Below are positions 49,476 to 61,558 of a DNA stretch of 64,000 nucleotides, one piece after another (the stretch's first letter is position 1; the number at the start of each line of letters is the position of its first letter). Source of the stretch: Octopus sinensis (Eukaryota). A model generated the notes under the pieces. That model ran no database searches, was not told the origin of the DNA, and saw nothing but the letters and a program-made list of their open reading frames with translations. Made by a program: the position numbers and the translations under genes. Location: positions 33,790,001 through 33,854,000 of the forward strand of contig NC_043015.1 of assembly GCF_006345805.1 (NCBI RefSeq), written 5' to 3'.

Positions 49476-50800
49476 AATGCTCTGAGACCAACTTCCGTCA
49501 CTTTCCAGGGAGAAAAACTAGAAATAGTTGATAGTTTCCGTTACCGAGGTGACCAAGTCAGCAGCGGGGGCGGGTGTGCTGAAAGTGTAACTGCTAGAGT
49601 AAGAATAGCTTGGGCAAAGTTCAGAGAGCTCTTACCCCTGCTGGTGACAAAAGGCCTCTCGCACAGAGTGAAAGGCAGACTGTATGATGCGTGTGTACGA
49701 ACAGCCATGCTACATGGCAGTGAAACATGGGCCGTGACTGCTGAGGATATGCGTAAGCTCGCAAGAAATGAAGCCAGTATGCTCCGATGGATGTGTAATG
49801 TCAGTGTTCATAATCGAAAGAGTGTAAGTACCTTGAGAGAAAAGCTGGACCTAAGAAGCATCAGCTGTGGTGTGCAAGAGAGACGATTGCGCTGGTATGG
49901 TCATGTGGCGAGAATGGATGAAAATAGTTGTGTGAAAAAGTGCCACACCCTAGCGGTTGGGGGAACCTGTGGAAGAGGCAGACCCAGGAAAACCTGGGAC
50001 GAGGTGGTGAAGCACGACCTTCGAACTTTAGGTCTCACTGAGGAAATGACTAGAGACCGAGTCCTCTGGAAGTGTGCTGTGCGCGAGAAGACCCGGCAGG
50101 ACAAGTGAGTCCATAACCCGTGGCCTTCTACTTGGGATGGAGCCAGCCTACGTATGCATACCTTCCCTTCTTGGGACACAAAACTCTACTTGTGAAGACC
50201 TGTTGAGGCAAGTGAGGATCAGAACCGAAATCGATCAATGGAAATTGCAGATGTGTTACCAGTGCCGGTGGCATGTCGATACTCTACTTGTGAAGACCCG
50301 TTGAGGCAAGTGAGGATCAGAATCGAAATCGATCAATGGAAATTGCGGATGTGTTACCAGTGCCGGTGGCATGTCGATACTCTACTTGTGAAGACCCGTT
50401 GAGGCAAGTGAGGATCAGAAATGGAAATCGATCAATGGAAATTGCAAATGTGTTACCAGTGCCGGTGGCATGTCAGAGAACCTTCCGTTTCGCGACCGTT
50501 GCCAGCACCGCCCCGTTTCGTGTCCATTGCCAGCCTCGCCTGGCCCTTGTGCCAGTGGCACATAAAAAGCACCATCCGTTCGTGGCCGTTTGCTAGCTCT
50601 GTCTGGCACCTGTGCGGGTGGCATGTAAAAAGCACCCACTACACTCACGGAGTGGTTGGTGTTAGGAAGGGCATCCAGCCGTAGAAACACTGCCAGATTT
50701 GACTGGGCCTGATGAAGCCTTCTGGCTTCACAGACCCCAGTAGAACCGTCCAACCCATGCTAGCATGGAAAACGGACGCTAAACGATGATGATGATGATG
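49476..50800 (+). mobile_element. Young 5'-truncated RTE LINE: intact C-terminal ORF (about 210 aa) plus long 3' UTR ending in (GAT)n
   Basis: LEIVDSFRY, RVRIAWAKFREL, KGRLYDACVRTAMLHGSETW, RRLRWYGHVARMDE, GRGRPRKTW..V..DL are RTE post-RT motifs; no stops up to 50108; tail ccaacccatgctagcatggaaaacggacgctaaac(gat)n. Confidence 0.93.
50183..50474 (+). repeat. 98-bp tandem repeat, 3 copies, in the RTE 3' UTR
   Basis: actctacttgtgaagacc at 50183, 50281 and 50379. Confidence 0.95.
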
Positions 50801-50939
50801 ATGATATGTATATAAGAATGTATGTATGTATGCATATTTATTATAGAGAGACGAAAAAGAGAAAGAGTCTGTATGCATGTATCTATCACTCTATCTATTT
50901 GTGTGTGTGTGTGTGTATTTATATGTATGTATGTAGGTG

Positions 50940-50976
<37 letters not shown>

Positions 50977-50988
50977 GTATATATATAT

Positions 50989-51019
<31 letters not shown>

Positions 51020-51933
51020 TATACCCATACATACATCTTGTCTTTTGTATTTATTTATAGCAGTCATATTTAGAAATGTTCCACAACCATATACATACAT
51101 ACCTACAGACACACACACACAGACACACACACATACACACACATACACTCATCTATGTATAAATATGTATGTATATATATATAGCTCTGTATGTATTTAT
51201 TAATTAACGGCAACGGTCCTACACGAAGTAAAAACAAAAATAGGCTTCGAGAGGAAATATCAAGTGTGAGAAAAAAGCCCCCAAGTTGTGTTGTTGAAAA
51301 TCCAACAGGTCGTTGCCTTGTCACACCTGACGGTTGGTGACTTGGTGACTGACGGCTGTATTTGCCACTATTGTTGCTGGTGTTGCTGGCGGTAGTGGTA
51401 GTGTTGTTGCTGGTCACTGGGATGGTAGTGGTGGTAGTAGTGGTGGTAACAGTAGTTGTTATGGCCATGGTGATAGCGGTGGTGTTGGTGATTATGTGGT
51501 GCTGATGTAGCGAGGGTAAAAATGGTGGTAGTGGTAGTGCTTGTAGTAGTAGTAGTAGTAGCATTTGTAGTGTAACCATAGCTGTGATATGGTGGTGGTT
51601 GGGGTGCGGATGATTGTGGTGTGGGTTGCAGTTTGTAATAGCTGTTTTGGTTGAGAGCATTTGAGGTATTATCTTTTGCTTGTTTCAATAATTAGACACT
51701 GGCCATGCTGGGGCACCGCCCTGAAGGGTTTCAGTTGAACAAATCGACTCCAGGACTTTTTTTGAAGCCTAATACTTATTCCATCGAGACCTTCTGACAA
51801 ACCGCAGATGTTACGGGGACGTAAACAAACCAACACTGGTTGTCAAGCAGTAGCGGGGGAACAAAGGCACAAAGAGACACATACATATATACATGCATGC
51901 ATGCATACATACATACATACATACATACATACA

Positions 51934-52786
51934 TACAGAGTGTGCGATGGGTAAATTGTCACCATTTTATAATCTTAATTTCAAGCATGCGCATTGTTTG
52001 TTTTTGACTTTGTCGACTACATAGTACGGTAGGGTCAGTTGAGCACCGTCTGTGAGAAGACCAGCATCATGACGCAATTCACTCTGCCAGAGATTTGGAA
52101 ACGACATACTGCAGGATCCAATTTGAACATTTCAGAGTGTTTGGGTGTCAATCTGAGGATATGTACCAAGAGTGATAAAAACCAAACATCCAGTCAACAT
52201 CATGGTGTTTGGAGTGATCACTAGTGATGGTGACATTATGTCTCCATTCATCTTCCCACACAGCCTCAGACTCAACACAGAGGCCTACATCAAGTGCCTG
52301 GAGGAGGTAGTGCTGCTCTGGGTCAACGGGGTGGTTGCTAGAAGACCTTATGTCTGGCAACAGGACTCTGCACCATGCCACACAAGCAGGACAACTGAGT
52401 CATGGCTGGCAGACAATTTCTGTGGCCACATCACCCCTAACATCTGGCCACCTAACTCCTCAGACTGCAACCCCCTTGATTATTATATGTGGGGTGCAGT
52501 TGAGCGAGAGACCAACAAAACTCCTTGCAACACCAAAGATGAACTGAAGGCAAGGATAATGGCAGCATTCACCAACTTAAACAAGGAGACCATCTATAAG
52601 ATTGGCAGGAGATTCCAAAGTTGTCTGGAGGCCATGGTTGGAGCCAATGGCGATTTTATTGAAGAGATTTGCTCTTTAGTATTTCAAGATATTTCAATGT
52701 AAATTTGGTAAATATATCTGTTAAAATGAGATGTCAGTGTTATTTTCATTTTTGCATAATTTAGATGACAGTTCATTCACTGCACG

Positions 52787-52790
<4 letters not shown>
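51934..52790 (+). mobile_element. Internally deleted Tc1/mariner DD37D (maT-type) transposon
   Basis: ORF 52172-52702: TKHPVNIMVFG, QQDSAPCH, WPPNSSDCNPLDYYMWG, with 37 residues between the second and third catalytic Asp. N-terminal half missing; weakly matching TA-flanked termini. Confidence 0.88.
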
Positions 52791-52827
<37 letters not shown>

Positions 52828-54877
52828 TGTTGTACAGGAGAAATAGAACTCAAAATATGAGTATCTGTATATTATTTTAATATTAATATTTAACAATAGG
52901 TCCAAGAGTTTTGTGCATATATATATACGATGGGCTTCCTTCAGTTTCCATCTACCAACTCCACTCACAAGGTTTTGGTCGGCTTGAGGCTATAGTAGAG
53001 GACATTTGCCCAAGGTACCACACAGTGGGACTGAACCTAGAACCATGTGGTTGAGAAGAAAGCTTCTTATCACACAGCCACGCTTGCGCTACTATCTGTA
53101 GCAATGGTTATGATGATAGCAATAATGATAGCAGTGGTGGTGGAGCGGTTAGTGTAGAGGTCGCAATAGTACGAATCTAATATGTATGTGGTGCAGTGGT
53201 GGTCACAGTAATGATAGAGATGGTATTGATGGTGATGGTGGTGGTCTGACTGTGGTGGTCATGTTGGTGTTGGCAGTGGTGATTGCAGTGACTGTAATGT
53301 TATTTGTGGTGGCTGTGGTGATGTTGATGATGATCATTGTAGTAGTAGTGGTAGAATTTATGTTGTTGATGGTTGCGATGGTGATGTTGTTGTTGTTGGT
53401 GGTGGTGTTGGTGTTAGTGACGGTGGTAGGGGACAGGTTAGTAACATCACTTGACCCAGTCAAAGATGCAGAATATATTGCTTTTGCAAAACCAACAACT
53501 GTCATATTTACTTATCAATTCTTATTTTGTAGAGAACCGTCTATAGTGTGTGTGTGTGTGTAAACACACACTCCAGTTTACACACACATACACACACATG
53601 CTCTTCTATGCAAATGAAAGGAAGAGTTACACAATTCATAAAGAATAAATAATAATAATAATAATCTTTTCTTTGTTGGCCACTTTCACAAAGGATCTAC
53701 AGATCTATGTTTGTGTCTGTGTTTGTTCTCCACCACCACTTGACAACCAATGTTGGTGTGTTTATGTCCTCGTAACTTAGTGGTTCAGCAAAAGAGACTG
53801 ATTGAATGAGTACCAAGCTTAAAGAAAATAAGTACTGGAGTTGATTCATTAGATTAAAATTCCTCTAGGCGGTGCCCCAGCGTGGCCACAGCCTAATAAC
53901 TGGATCAAGTAAAAGTTAAAAGATAAAGCTGGTATCCGATACTTTAGCAGGATTTAAAACTGCGTCTTGTGTTTTTATATTAATTATGGATTCATTTTTA
54001 TTATGGATCATGGATTTCAGATATTTGGGACAAAAGGATGGTGGGAAAGTTATGGCAACAAATGACGTGTGTGTATGTGCAAAGATGTGCACACACACAC
54101 ACACACAAGCACAATCACACATACACACAATTACATACATCATATGCAGACATAGAAGCCATATATACACATAGAATTTAGAAGTAAGAGTGTTGGGTTC
54201 ACCCTCATAATGTTGTGGATTCGGTTCCTGTCTAGATGTGTTGTGTCCAAGAGCAAGCCACATTTCATTTTGCTCCAGTCTACATAGCAGGAATGGGTGC
54301 CAGCCAACTGCTGGTGCATCCCCCTTTCTCCTCCAGCTCTCACATGCTCAGTGTTCCCTTGGGTCAAGAAAGGGAGGACCAAGAAGGCATCTATGTTTGA
54401 TTATGACAAACTAACTGGCACTCCATTGATTACAATGATGAGGCTTCCAGTTGATCTGATCAACGGAACAGCTTGTTCATGAAATTAACATATAATTGGT
54501 TGAACCCTCCATGAACACATGTAGCCTTAATGTAGCTTTCAGGGAGATTCAGTATGACACATAGTTTAACAAGTTGGCCTTCTGAGATACAGGTACTACT
54601 CATTTTTGTCGGCTGAGTGGACTGGAGCAAAATGGAACAAAGCGTCTTACTCAAGGACACAACATGTCACTGGGAATTGAACTCATGACCTTCTGATCAT
54701 AAGTCGAATACTCTAACCACTAAACCACACACCTTCACTTCTTATGACTACAAAAATCACCTAAAACAACCAGCATTAGTGAAAGTGTGGTACTAACTAC
54801 CAGATCATAAGTTGTGATGTGTAACAACTTAGATTTCCTTATAAATGTGTTGTGGATAATTCAAGAAATATTTTAAG

Positions 54878-55199
54878 CAGTATTTCTCAACAATTTTTTT
54901 TTACCTATGGAGCCCTTTGATTACTATTCTCTTCTGGTACCCCTACCCATCCATTTGATTTTAATAACTAGCTTTACAGAAACTTCTTTCAAAATTACTA
55001 TTTTGTTTTTCACACATTAACTCGAATCGGTTGAACTGAACTGTTTCTTGCAATAAATACATTCTTAGTCACATTTTTTCATGGACCCTTAAAATATCGT
55101 TAGGGGTCACCAATTTGCTATTTTACTTGCATTGACCCCCAAAAGTCTAACATGCCCCCCTCCACACCGGGTCATATGGACCCTGGATGAAAATCACTG
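54878..55199 (+). mobile_element. hAT-like MITE
   Basis: Termini cagtatttctcaac / gatgaaaatcactg (degenerate CAGTGGTTCTCAAC); flanks attttaag / atttaaaa as a decayed 8-bp TSD. Confidence 0.7.
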
Positions 55200-55264
55200 A
55201 TTTAAAATGAACTTCCTTCTCTTTTATTATTTCAAAATTCATTGATTAAAGGTGGATTTATATA

Positions 55265-55312
55265 TCATCACCTGATGAACTGAAAAGATAGTGAAACTGA
55301 CTGTTGTTATGA
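55265..55312 (+). ncRNA. Type I hammerhead ribozyme motif, best preserved
   Basis: Stem I tcatcac/gttatga (6 of 7 pairs); CTGATGA 55272-78; stem II ACTG/TAGT with loop AAAAGA; GAAA 55293-96; stem III AC/GT with loop TGACT; triplet GTT 55303-05. Confidence 0.65.
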
Positions 55313-58300
55313 AACGAATTGGTAATCCAATCATTCTAAATCAAATTCTGGGACGTGGCTTTTTTTTTGTATTGAGTTCTCTATTGTTTAAATTTTTTTT
55401 ATCACATGCCAACACTCACATATACACACACACACACTTATACACAGACACACACAAATATATAGTTACATCCAAATTTTATGTAATATTGCATGTATAT
55501 ATATATTATATAAAAGATAAATATCTGTTCAGTTCTTTGCATCACATTTTGTAATAAAACTCACAAACACACACAAACACACATGACATGTACTAGTCTT
55601 GATACCATGAAAACCACAATTTTCTTTCAACACATGCAATCTATTTCAACTGCAGTCATAACTTTCCTTTTTATATATATTCATTGTCATTTATCTCTGC
55701 TATTGTATTATAGTTTTCTGAAGTATTAATTCATTCTAGTTAGCTCAAGACTTTGCTGTTTGCCTTATAAACTTTTTTCTCGTATTTGCACACATCTCAC
55801 TCAACTCCAACACGTTCATATTTTGTATGATAAAGTGTACATTGCTGTATGTCATATATAAAGCACATAAGTCTGTCATTCTATTTGTCCTGCTTTTCAA
55901 TTATAACAATGACAAAAAAAAATATACAAAAAGATAGAAACAAGTGAGGAAAGCAAAATGAGTTGCAACACAAATCAAAATGGTAGATCCAACAAAGAGA
56001 TGAAATATTAAAAAAGAAACCATGTAACTTTTATTACAAGATATGCAAATTTGATTCCAATAATTATGAAAATGGTTTAAATAAAGGGAAAATATATAAA
56101 GCTGAAAATTATCAGAATCAACCAAGATCAATATATAATACAGGTGTTTGTTGTTATTGCATGTGTTGCTGTCTTAGTGTGTGTTGTTGTTCTAGTGTGC
56201 TGTTGTATATATTGTTGTTGTTGTAACCTATGTGTGCTTTTATTGCCATGTGCATATTGTACTGTGTATTAGGGAAAAAGGAAAAATTGATATTTTGGAG
56301 AGCATAGCAGAGTTATTGAGATGAGAAATGTACATGAGACCAATTTTGCATTGTTTTTCTTGAGTTGCCTGACAACTTGGAAGCGGAGAGAAGGAGATTT
56401 GTAACATATCGTGCAGAATAAAACAGCAATTAACAATGATTGATACAAACACAAAAAGCAGAATAAAAACAAAGTGATAAAAGTTATGAGCGAGAAAAGC
56501 AAATTAGTTCTACAAGAGCAAGAAATGGCAAGAAATTCATGAGGAATGAGAGAGAATCTTTAAAAACATTCATTTAGCATCAGCTAGTTATTTTCCCAGT
56601 AGAATTGTCAACACAGACTACATTTAAAAGAGTATATAAACCTGTGGGTCCAGGTAGCTGTTTGCAAGCAACAGCAGCCACACTGGTTGATTAAACCAGG
56701 TAAAGCTAGGTGATGGGTATGAAACTACAGGTGAATTAGAGTCTTTCTACCTGAGCATATGAAGACTGGATCCAATGGACTCTGCAGAAGAAACCTTCAT
56801 CGTTCAATGGAGAAGTCAGAAGCTGCAGTAACACACCGTGGAGTACAGAGAGCAAGGTGAGGCAAGAAGATATTCAATTCTTGCTATTTGATTGGAGATG
56901 GTCAAAGACAAGAGAGCAAAGTTGATGTTATGCAGTTCTTCTTTACTTTAAATAAAGTCACTGTGCAGGTAATCAGTTTTCTGTTGGAGGAATAGGTGGT
57001 CCTCATCACCCCAACAAAAAAGCATCCATGGAATCCTAATATCATTTTTAGATTTAAGGGAGAATGAAAATCAATAAGTCAGAAAATGTCCACATTATAG
57101 ATTTTTATTGGATTTCTCTATTGTTTCGAATTGGTCGTCTCGATAAATAAAGTGAAAATAAGCAATTTTCATTCTTCGATATATGTGGAAATATGGCAGG
57201 TCTAGTGATGAATATCAAAGATAAAAAAAATTTATCCATTTGTGAACCATTATATATTTGATAATACTGGAAGTGCCAAGCCAGCATCTATTATCTTTTA
57301 CTTGTTTCAGTCATTTGATTGCGGCCATGCTGGGGCACCACCATGAAGGGTTTTAGTTGAACAAATCGACCCTCAGTCTTATTACATAAGCATTTTATAA
57401 TGTTTCTTTCTTTTCCGGAAACTCACCAGGTACCGGCAGCTGATGGCTTGCAGACCAGCACTGGTCCATGGACCACCACTTTGAGTAGCACTGGAGTAGA
57501 GATCATGCTGATTTAAAATTTTGGCCCAAGGCCAGCAGTTTTGAGGAGGGGGGGGCTAGTCAGTTACATCAATGCTGGTGTTTAACTGGTACTTATTTTA
57601 TTGACCTCCAAAAGAATGAAAGACAAAAGTGACCTCAGCAAAATTTGAACTCAGAACATTAAATCATATGCAATGCCACGAAGCAGTTTGGCAGGTGTGC
57701 TAACGATTTTGCCAGCTTGCTGCCTAAATTCAGGTGAGTAAACTATGGTTTATTTATAGCATTGTTAAAGTAACAATATCATTGCAGAATAATAGGTAAT
57801 ATTTTTTATTTCATTCCATAGTTACGATTGTTTAAAGCAACTGCTGTATACATTATTCACTTAACATATTTTTAGTAATTTTGATAAAGTATTCATAAAG
57901 GAAAGGTAAACAGAGGGGAATCAATATTTTGTCAGGGACAACTCTTTGCAGCCCTTTTTTACATACAGTTCACCTTGTGACATAACGATATAAGAATATA
58001 GATAACACCACTCAAGTAAGAAGAGACGATATATATATAATAAAAAATATAATTTTCAAAGATGTTCTCACATAAGACTTCATCCCAAAAATCAAAAGCT
58101 TTAAAAACAAATACAATTTCGAAAGAAATTATGCATTTCATGGTTCTATAGAAACTTTCAAAAATCTTTTAGCTTTTGAAATAACTCTCGATTTTCCATA
58201 CATATTGCTAATAACAAGTGATATATTATTACTGTAATACTATCAATATAACTAATTATCTTACTAATTAAGTTACTGATGAATTATTCATATATTATTA

Positions 58301-58516
58301 ATGTATTAGTGTATAACTTTTTCAGTTTTCTACATTATGTAGTTTCAGTAATTATCCTCCATCAATCTGGTCCAACTACTTAATCCATCATTCTGTAATA
58401 AGAAGAAATATTTGTAATCCTTTAATCTTCTTAACTGAATCCTCAACAGTGGAGGAGTTAAATGGAGGGAACTCACTGTTCACAGTAGCAATCTGATCCA
58501 AAAATAACACTACTAC

Positions 58517-58770
58517 TTGTGGCTGTTGTTGTTGTTGCTGCTGCTGCTGCTGTTGTTGTTGTTGTTGTTGTTGTTGTTCTTCTTCTTCTTCTCTTCTTCT
58601 TCTTCTTTTCTTCTTCTTCTTCTTCTTCTTCCTCTTCCTCTTTTTCTTCTTCTTCCTCTTCTTCTCTTCCTCTTCTTCTCTTCTCTTCCTCTTCTTCTCT
58701 TCTTTTCCTTCTTCCTCTTCTTCTCCACCTCCTCCTCCTCCCCTTCACCATCGCCGCCGCCACCACCACT
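58517..58770. repeat. Compound trinucleotide repeat (GTT)n(GCT)n(GTT)n(CTT)n(CCT)n
   Basis: Directly visible; source of the polyE/K/R and polyL pseudo-ORFs. Confidence 0.95.
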
Positions 58771-58819
58771 GTATGTATGTCCTCATGTACAGCCAGCTTG
58801 ATAGTGGGCAGAGGAACGT

Positions 58820-58965
58820 TGGTTGACCATGGCTCAAATATAAGGACAAGCTGAAGAGTAACTTCTTAGCAGTGAAGACAGCTCACAACACCTTTGAGCG
58901 AACAGCCTTGGAGCAAACAATATGGAGATTGTTGTGTCAAAATGGTAATAAAAAACATTATTGCA
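58820..58965 (+). mobile_element. RTE (BovB-like) C-terminal fragment
   Basis: YKDKLKSNFLAVK...ERTALEQTIWRLLCQNG; inverted homologue of 60955-61090. Confidence 0.8.
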
Positions 58966-59173
58966 ATCAGCATACATAAATATATATATAGCTTAGTTTT
59001 CCTTGGGGCCGGCCAGATTGGAGCAATCTCAGGTATAACCAGCTGAAATTGCAAAGATAATCTGGAACTTGACTGAGGAAAGAAAACTCCGAATGACCCA
59101 TTCTTGTTTTTTCTTGTTCCTTTTTTGTATCATCAGTCTGGGTGTTTTGTTGTCCCCTTTTTTGCATTCCTTC

Positions 59174-59205
<32 letters not shown>

Positions 59206-59224
59206 CTGAGTAATTTTCACAATA

Positions 59225-60540
59225 CTGGTATGAGGGTGTGCTATTCCAAAAATCCTTGGCAGATTTGGCACACCCACATAAGACGGATTTTCTCCACTTT
59301 GAAAGGGATTTTTTAAATTTGTCCCTCACCACACCCTTGCAAATGAGGCAGTAGGAAAGCTTTCAATGAAAAAATTTTCAAAAATTTATGAATCCTCACT
59401 TCCACCATCCAGACCGATTCTGTCCAATTTTTTGTCCTCAGCAGACTTTTGGAATGGCACATGTACATAAGTTGGATTTGCTCTGCTTTGACGGGGTTTT
59501 TCAAATTTGTTTTTCAAAATATCCTTGTAAAGGACGAGAGGAAGCTTTTTATGAAAATAAGTTTTGAAAATTTATGAACCCCCCCCCCCCCCACCATCCA
59601 AACCAATTCTGTCCTTTTTTTTTTTTTTTTTTTTTGCACTATGCACTTAAAAACAGTTGGAAATGCCTTTCCAGTTAAAAAGAAAAAGATTTTTTGAAAA
59701 TTTATGAAGTTTTCCCACTCCATCCCCCAACCCAGTACTGATTCTGACCAATTTTTTCTTTTTTTTTTTGTTGCTCTACACATTTAAAAGAACGATGGGA
59801 GAAACCTTGAAGGCTAAAATAAAACATTGGAAATTGGCAATCACCATCACAATCTCCACTTCCTTCATAAAAAAAAAAATGAAATGTAATTTTAAAACAA
59901 TAGAGAAATTTTTAAAACCTTTTCATTAAAAATTCTAAAATTTCATTTTATTCTCGAAGCATTTTTAAAATCCTAGTTTTAAATTGTGGGTGGTCTGAAT
60001 CTGCAATTTGCTTCTGTTTATAATTTGAAAATAATTTTCAGACGTAAAGGTGATTTAAGGGAAATTTAGCAGCAGAATTCTGGTTTAAGCATCCTATTAT
60101 AACTTTTTGGTTTGAGGGAATTTTCATAAAATTTTTGTGTATTTGTTCTATACACAGGAATTCATGCTACTATACAAAAACAAACAAAAAAAATTTTTTG
60201 TGTGAATTAAGGGCTATTTGGTGGTTATTTTTAGCACATCTCACCACCACCAGTAGCCTTCCTTGTCACTTTGACATGTATTGGTGTTTTTCACTAATTT
60301 TCTCCCCATTTTTAAAATATTTGAAAAATTAAAAATTTTTCATGATCATATGCATTCCCATGCGTGGAACACAGATTTGTAAAATTTTCTGAAAATTCCC
60401 CAAAATAAAAGAAGTTATGAAGGGTTATATGGGGTGCATAAATCAAAATTCTACCAAAAACTTATTTAAACTTTTAATCCTACCCTGCATTAAATGAGTC
60501 CATGAAGTGTGTGTGTAAGAAAAAACATATTTACTAACAG
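59225..60540. mobile_element. Unclassified AT-rich element with subterminal tandem subrepeats
   Basis: Three diverged copies of aaaatttatgaa..ccatcca.accgattctgtccaattttt at about 59380, 59570 and 59697. Termini not resolved. Confidence 0.35.
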
Positions 60541-60719
60541 AAAAGTATTCTATTAAAATAAATTATACTGTGTGGTAAGAAGCTTGCTTTCCAACCACAT
60601 GGTTCCAGGTTCAGTCCCACTGTGTGGCACCTTTGACAAGTGTCTTCAACTACAGCCTCAGGCTAACAAAACCCTTGTGAATGAATTTAGCAGATGGAAA
60701 TTGAAAGAAGCCTGTCATT

Positions 60720-61545
60720 TGTAGGATGGATTCTCCTGTCAGTTTTGATGTTTGAGCATCCGACAACCTAGTCTTTCTTCCTTTGTTAATCATAATGCTT
60801 ATGTCAACTGTGACATTTAAGTCCTGCCAACAATTTGCAAAGAAGCCCACTGATCCTCCAAGTATAAGGATTACAGGTCAGTGCAGGCAGAATATTTGCA
60901 GTCGCTTTTCTCCTTTGCCTTGCACCCTGAATCCTGTTAATGCTGGTTGCAACCATGTTTTTATTACCATTTTGACAAAATGATCTCCATTTAGTTTGCT
61001 CCAAGGCTGTTTGCTCCAAGGTGTTCTGGGCTTCTTCACTGCTAAGAAGTTACTCTTCAGCTTGTCCTTATATCTGAGACATGGTCAACTAACATTCCTG
61101 TGCTCACTATCAAGCTGGCTATACATGAGGACTTTGGGTATTCTTTTGCCACTCATTCTGATGCCATGGTCAACCCAGCACAATTGTGACTGCCTGAGAA
61201 AACTCTTGATTCTGCCAGTCTTACACTTGCTAAACAGGTCGGCATTAGAAACTCTGTCTTTCAGTGAATAACCACAGATTGTCCTGAGACAATCCTTGTG
61301 GAAGATGTCTAGTAGGTTAATGTGTCGTTATAGGGTGTTCACGATTCTGATCCTTACAAGAGAGTAGTAAGAACGGCAGCTTTACAGACCTGTATTTTGG
61401 TGTCAAGTTTCATGCCCCTTTCATTCCATAGGAAATGACAGTTTGCCAAATGCATTGGTTGCCTTTGCAATACAGTTGACAATTTCATCAGCAAAGGAAT
61501 TCACTTTACTACCAAGATATATAGATGACTTCACACAATTTAGGG
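60720..61545 (-). mobile_element. Degenerate RTE (BovB-like) LINE C-terminal region with zinc-finger relic
   Basis: EQTALEQTKWRSFCQNG...LTCNP...LCKLLAGLKCH, and FADEIVNCIAKA upstream. Confidence 0.75.
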
Positions 61546-61558
61546 TTTCCCCATATAT

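Noticed and set aside
58473-58854. Acidic/basic low-complexity protein ORFs
   Set aside because: Pure trinucleotide repeat translations, open in multiple frames on both strands.
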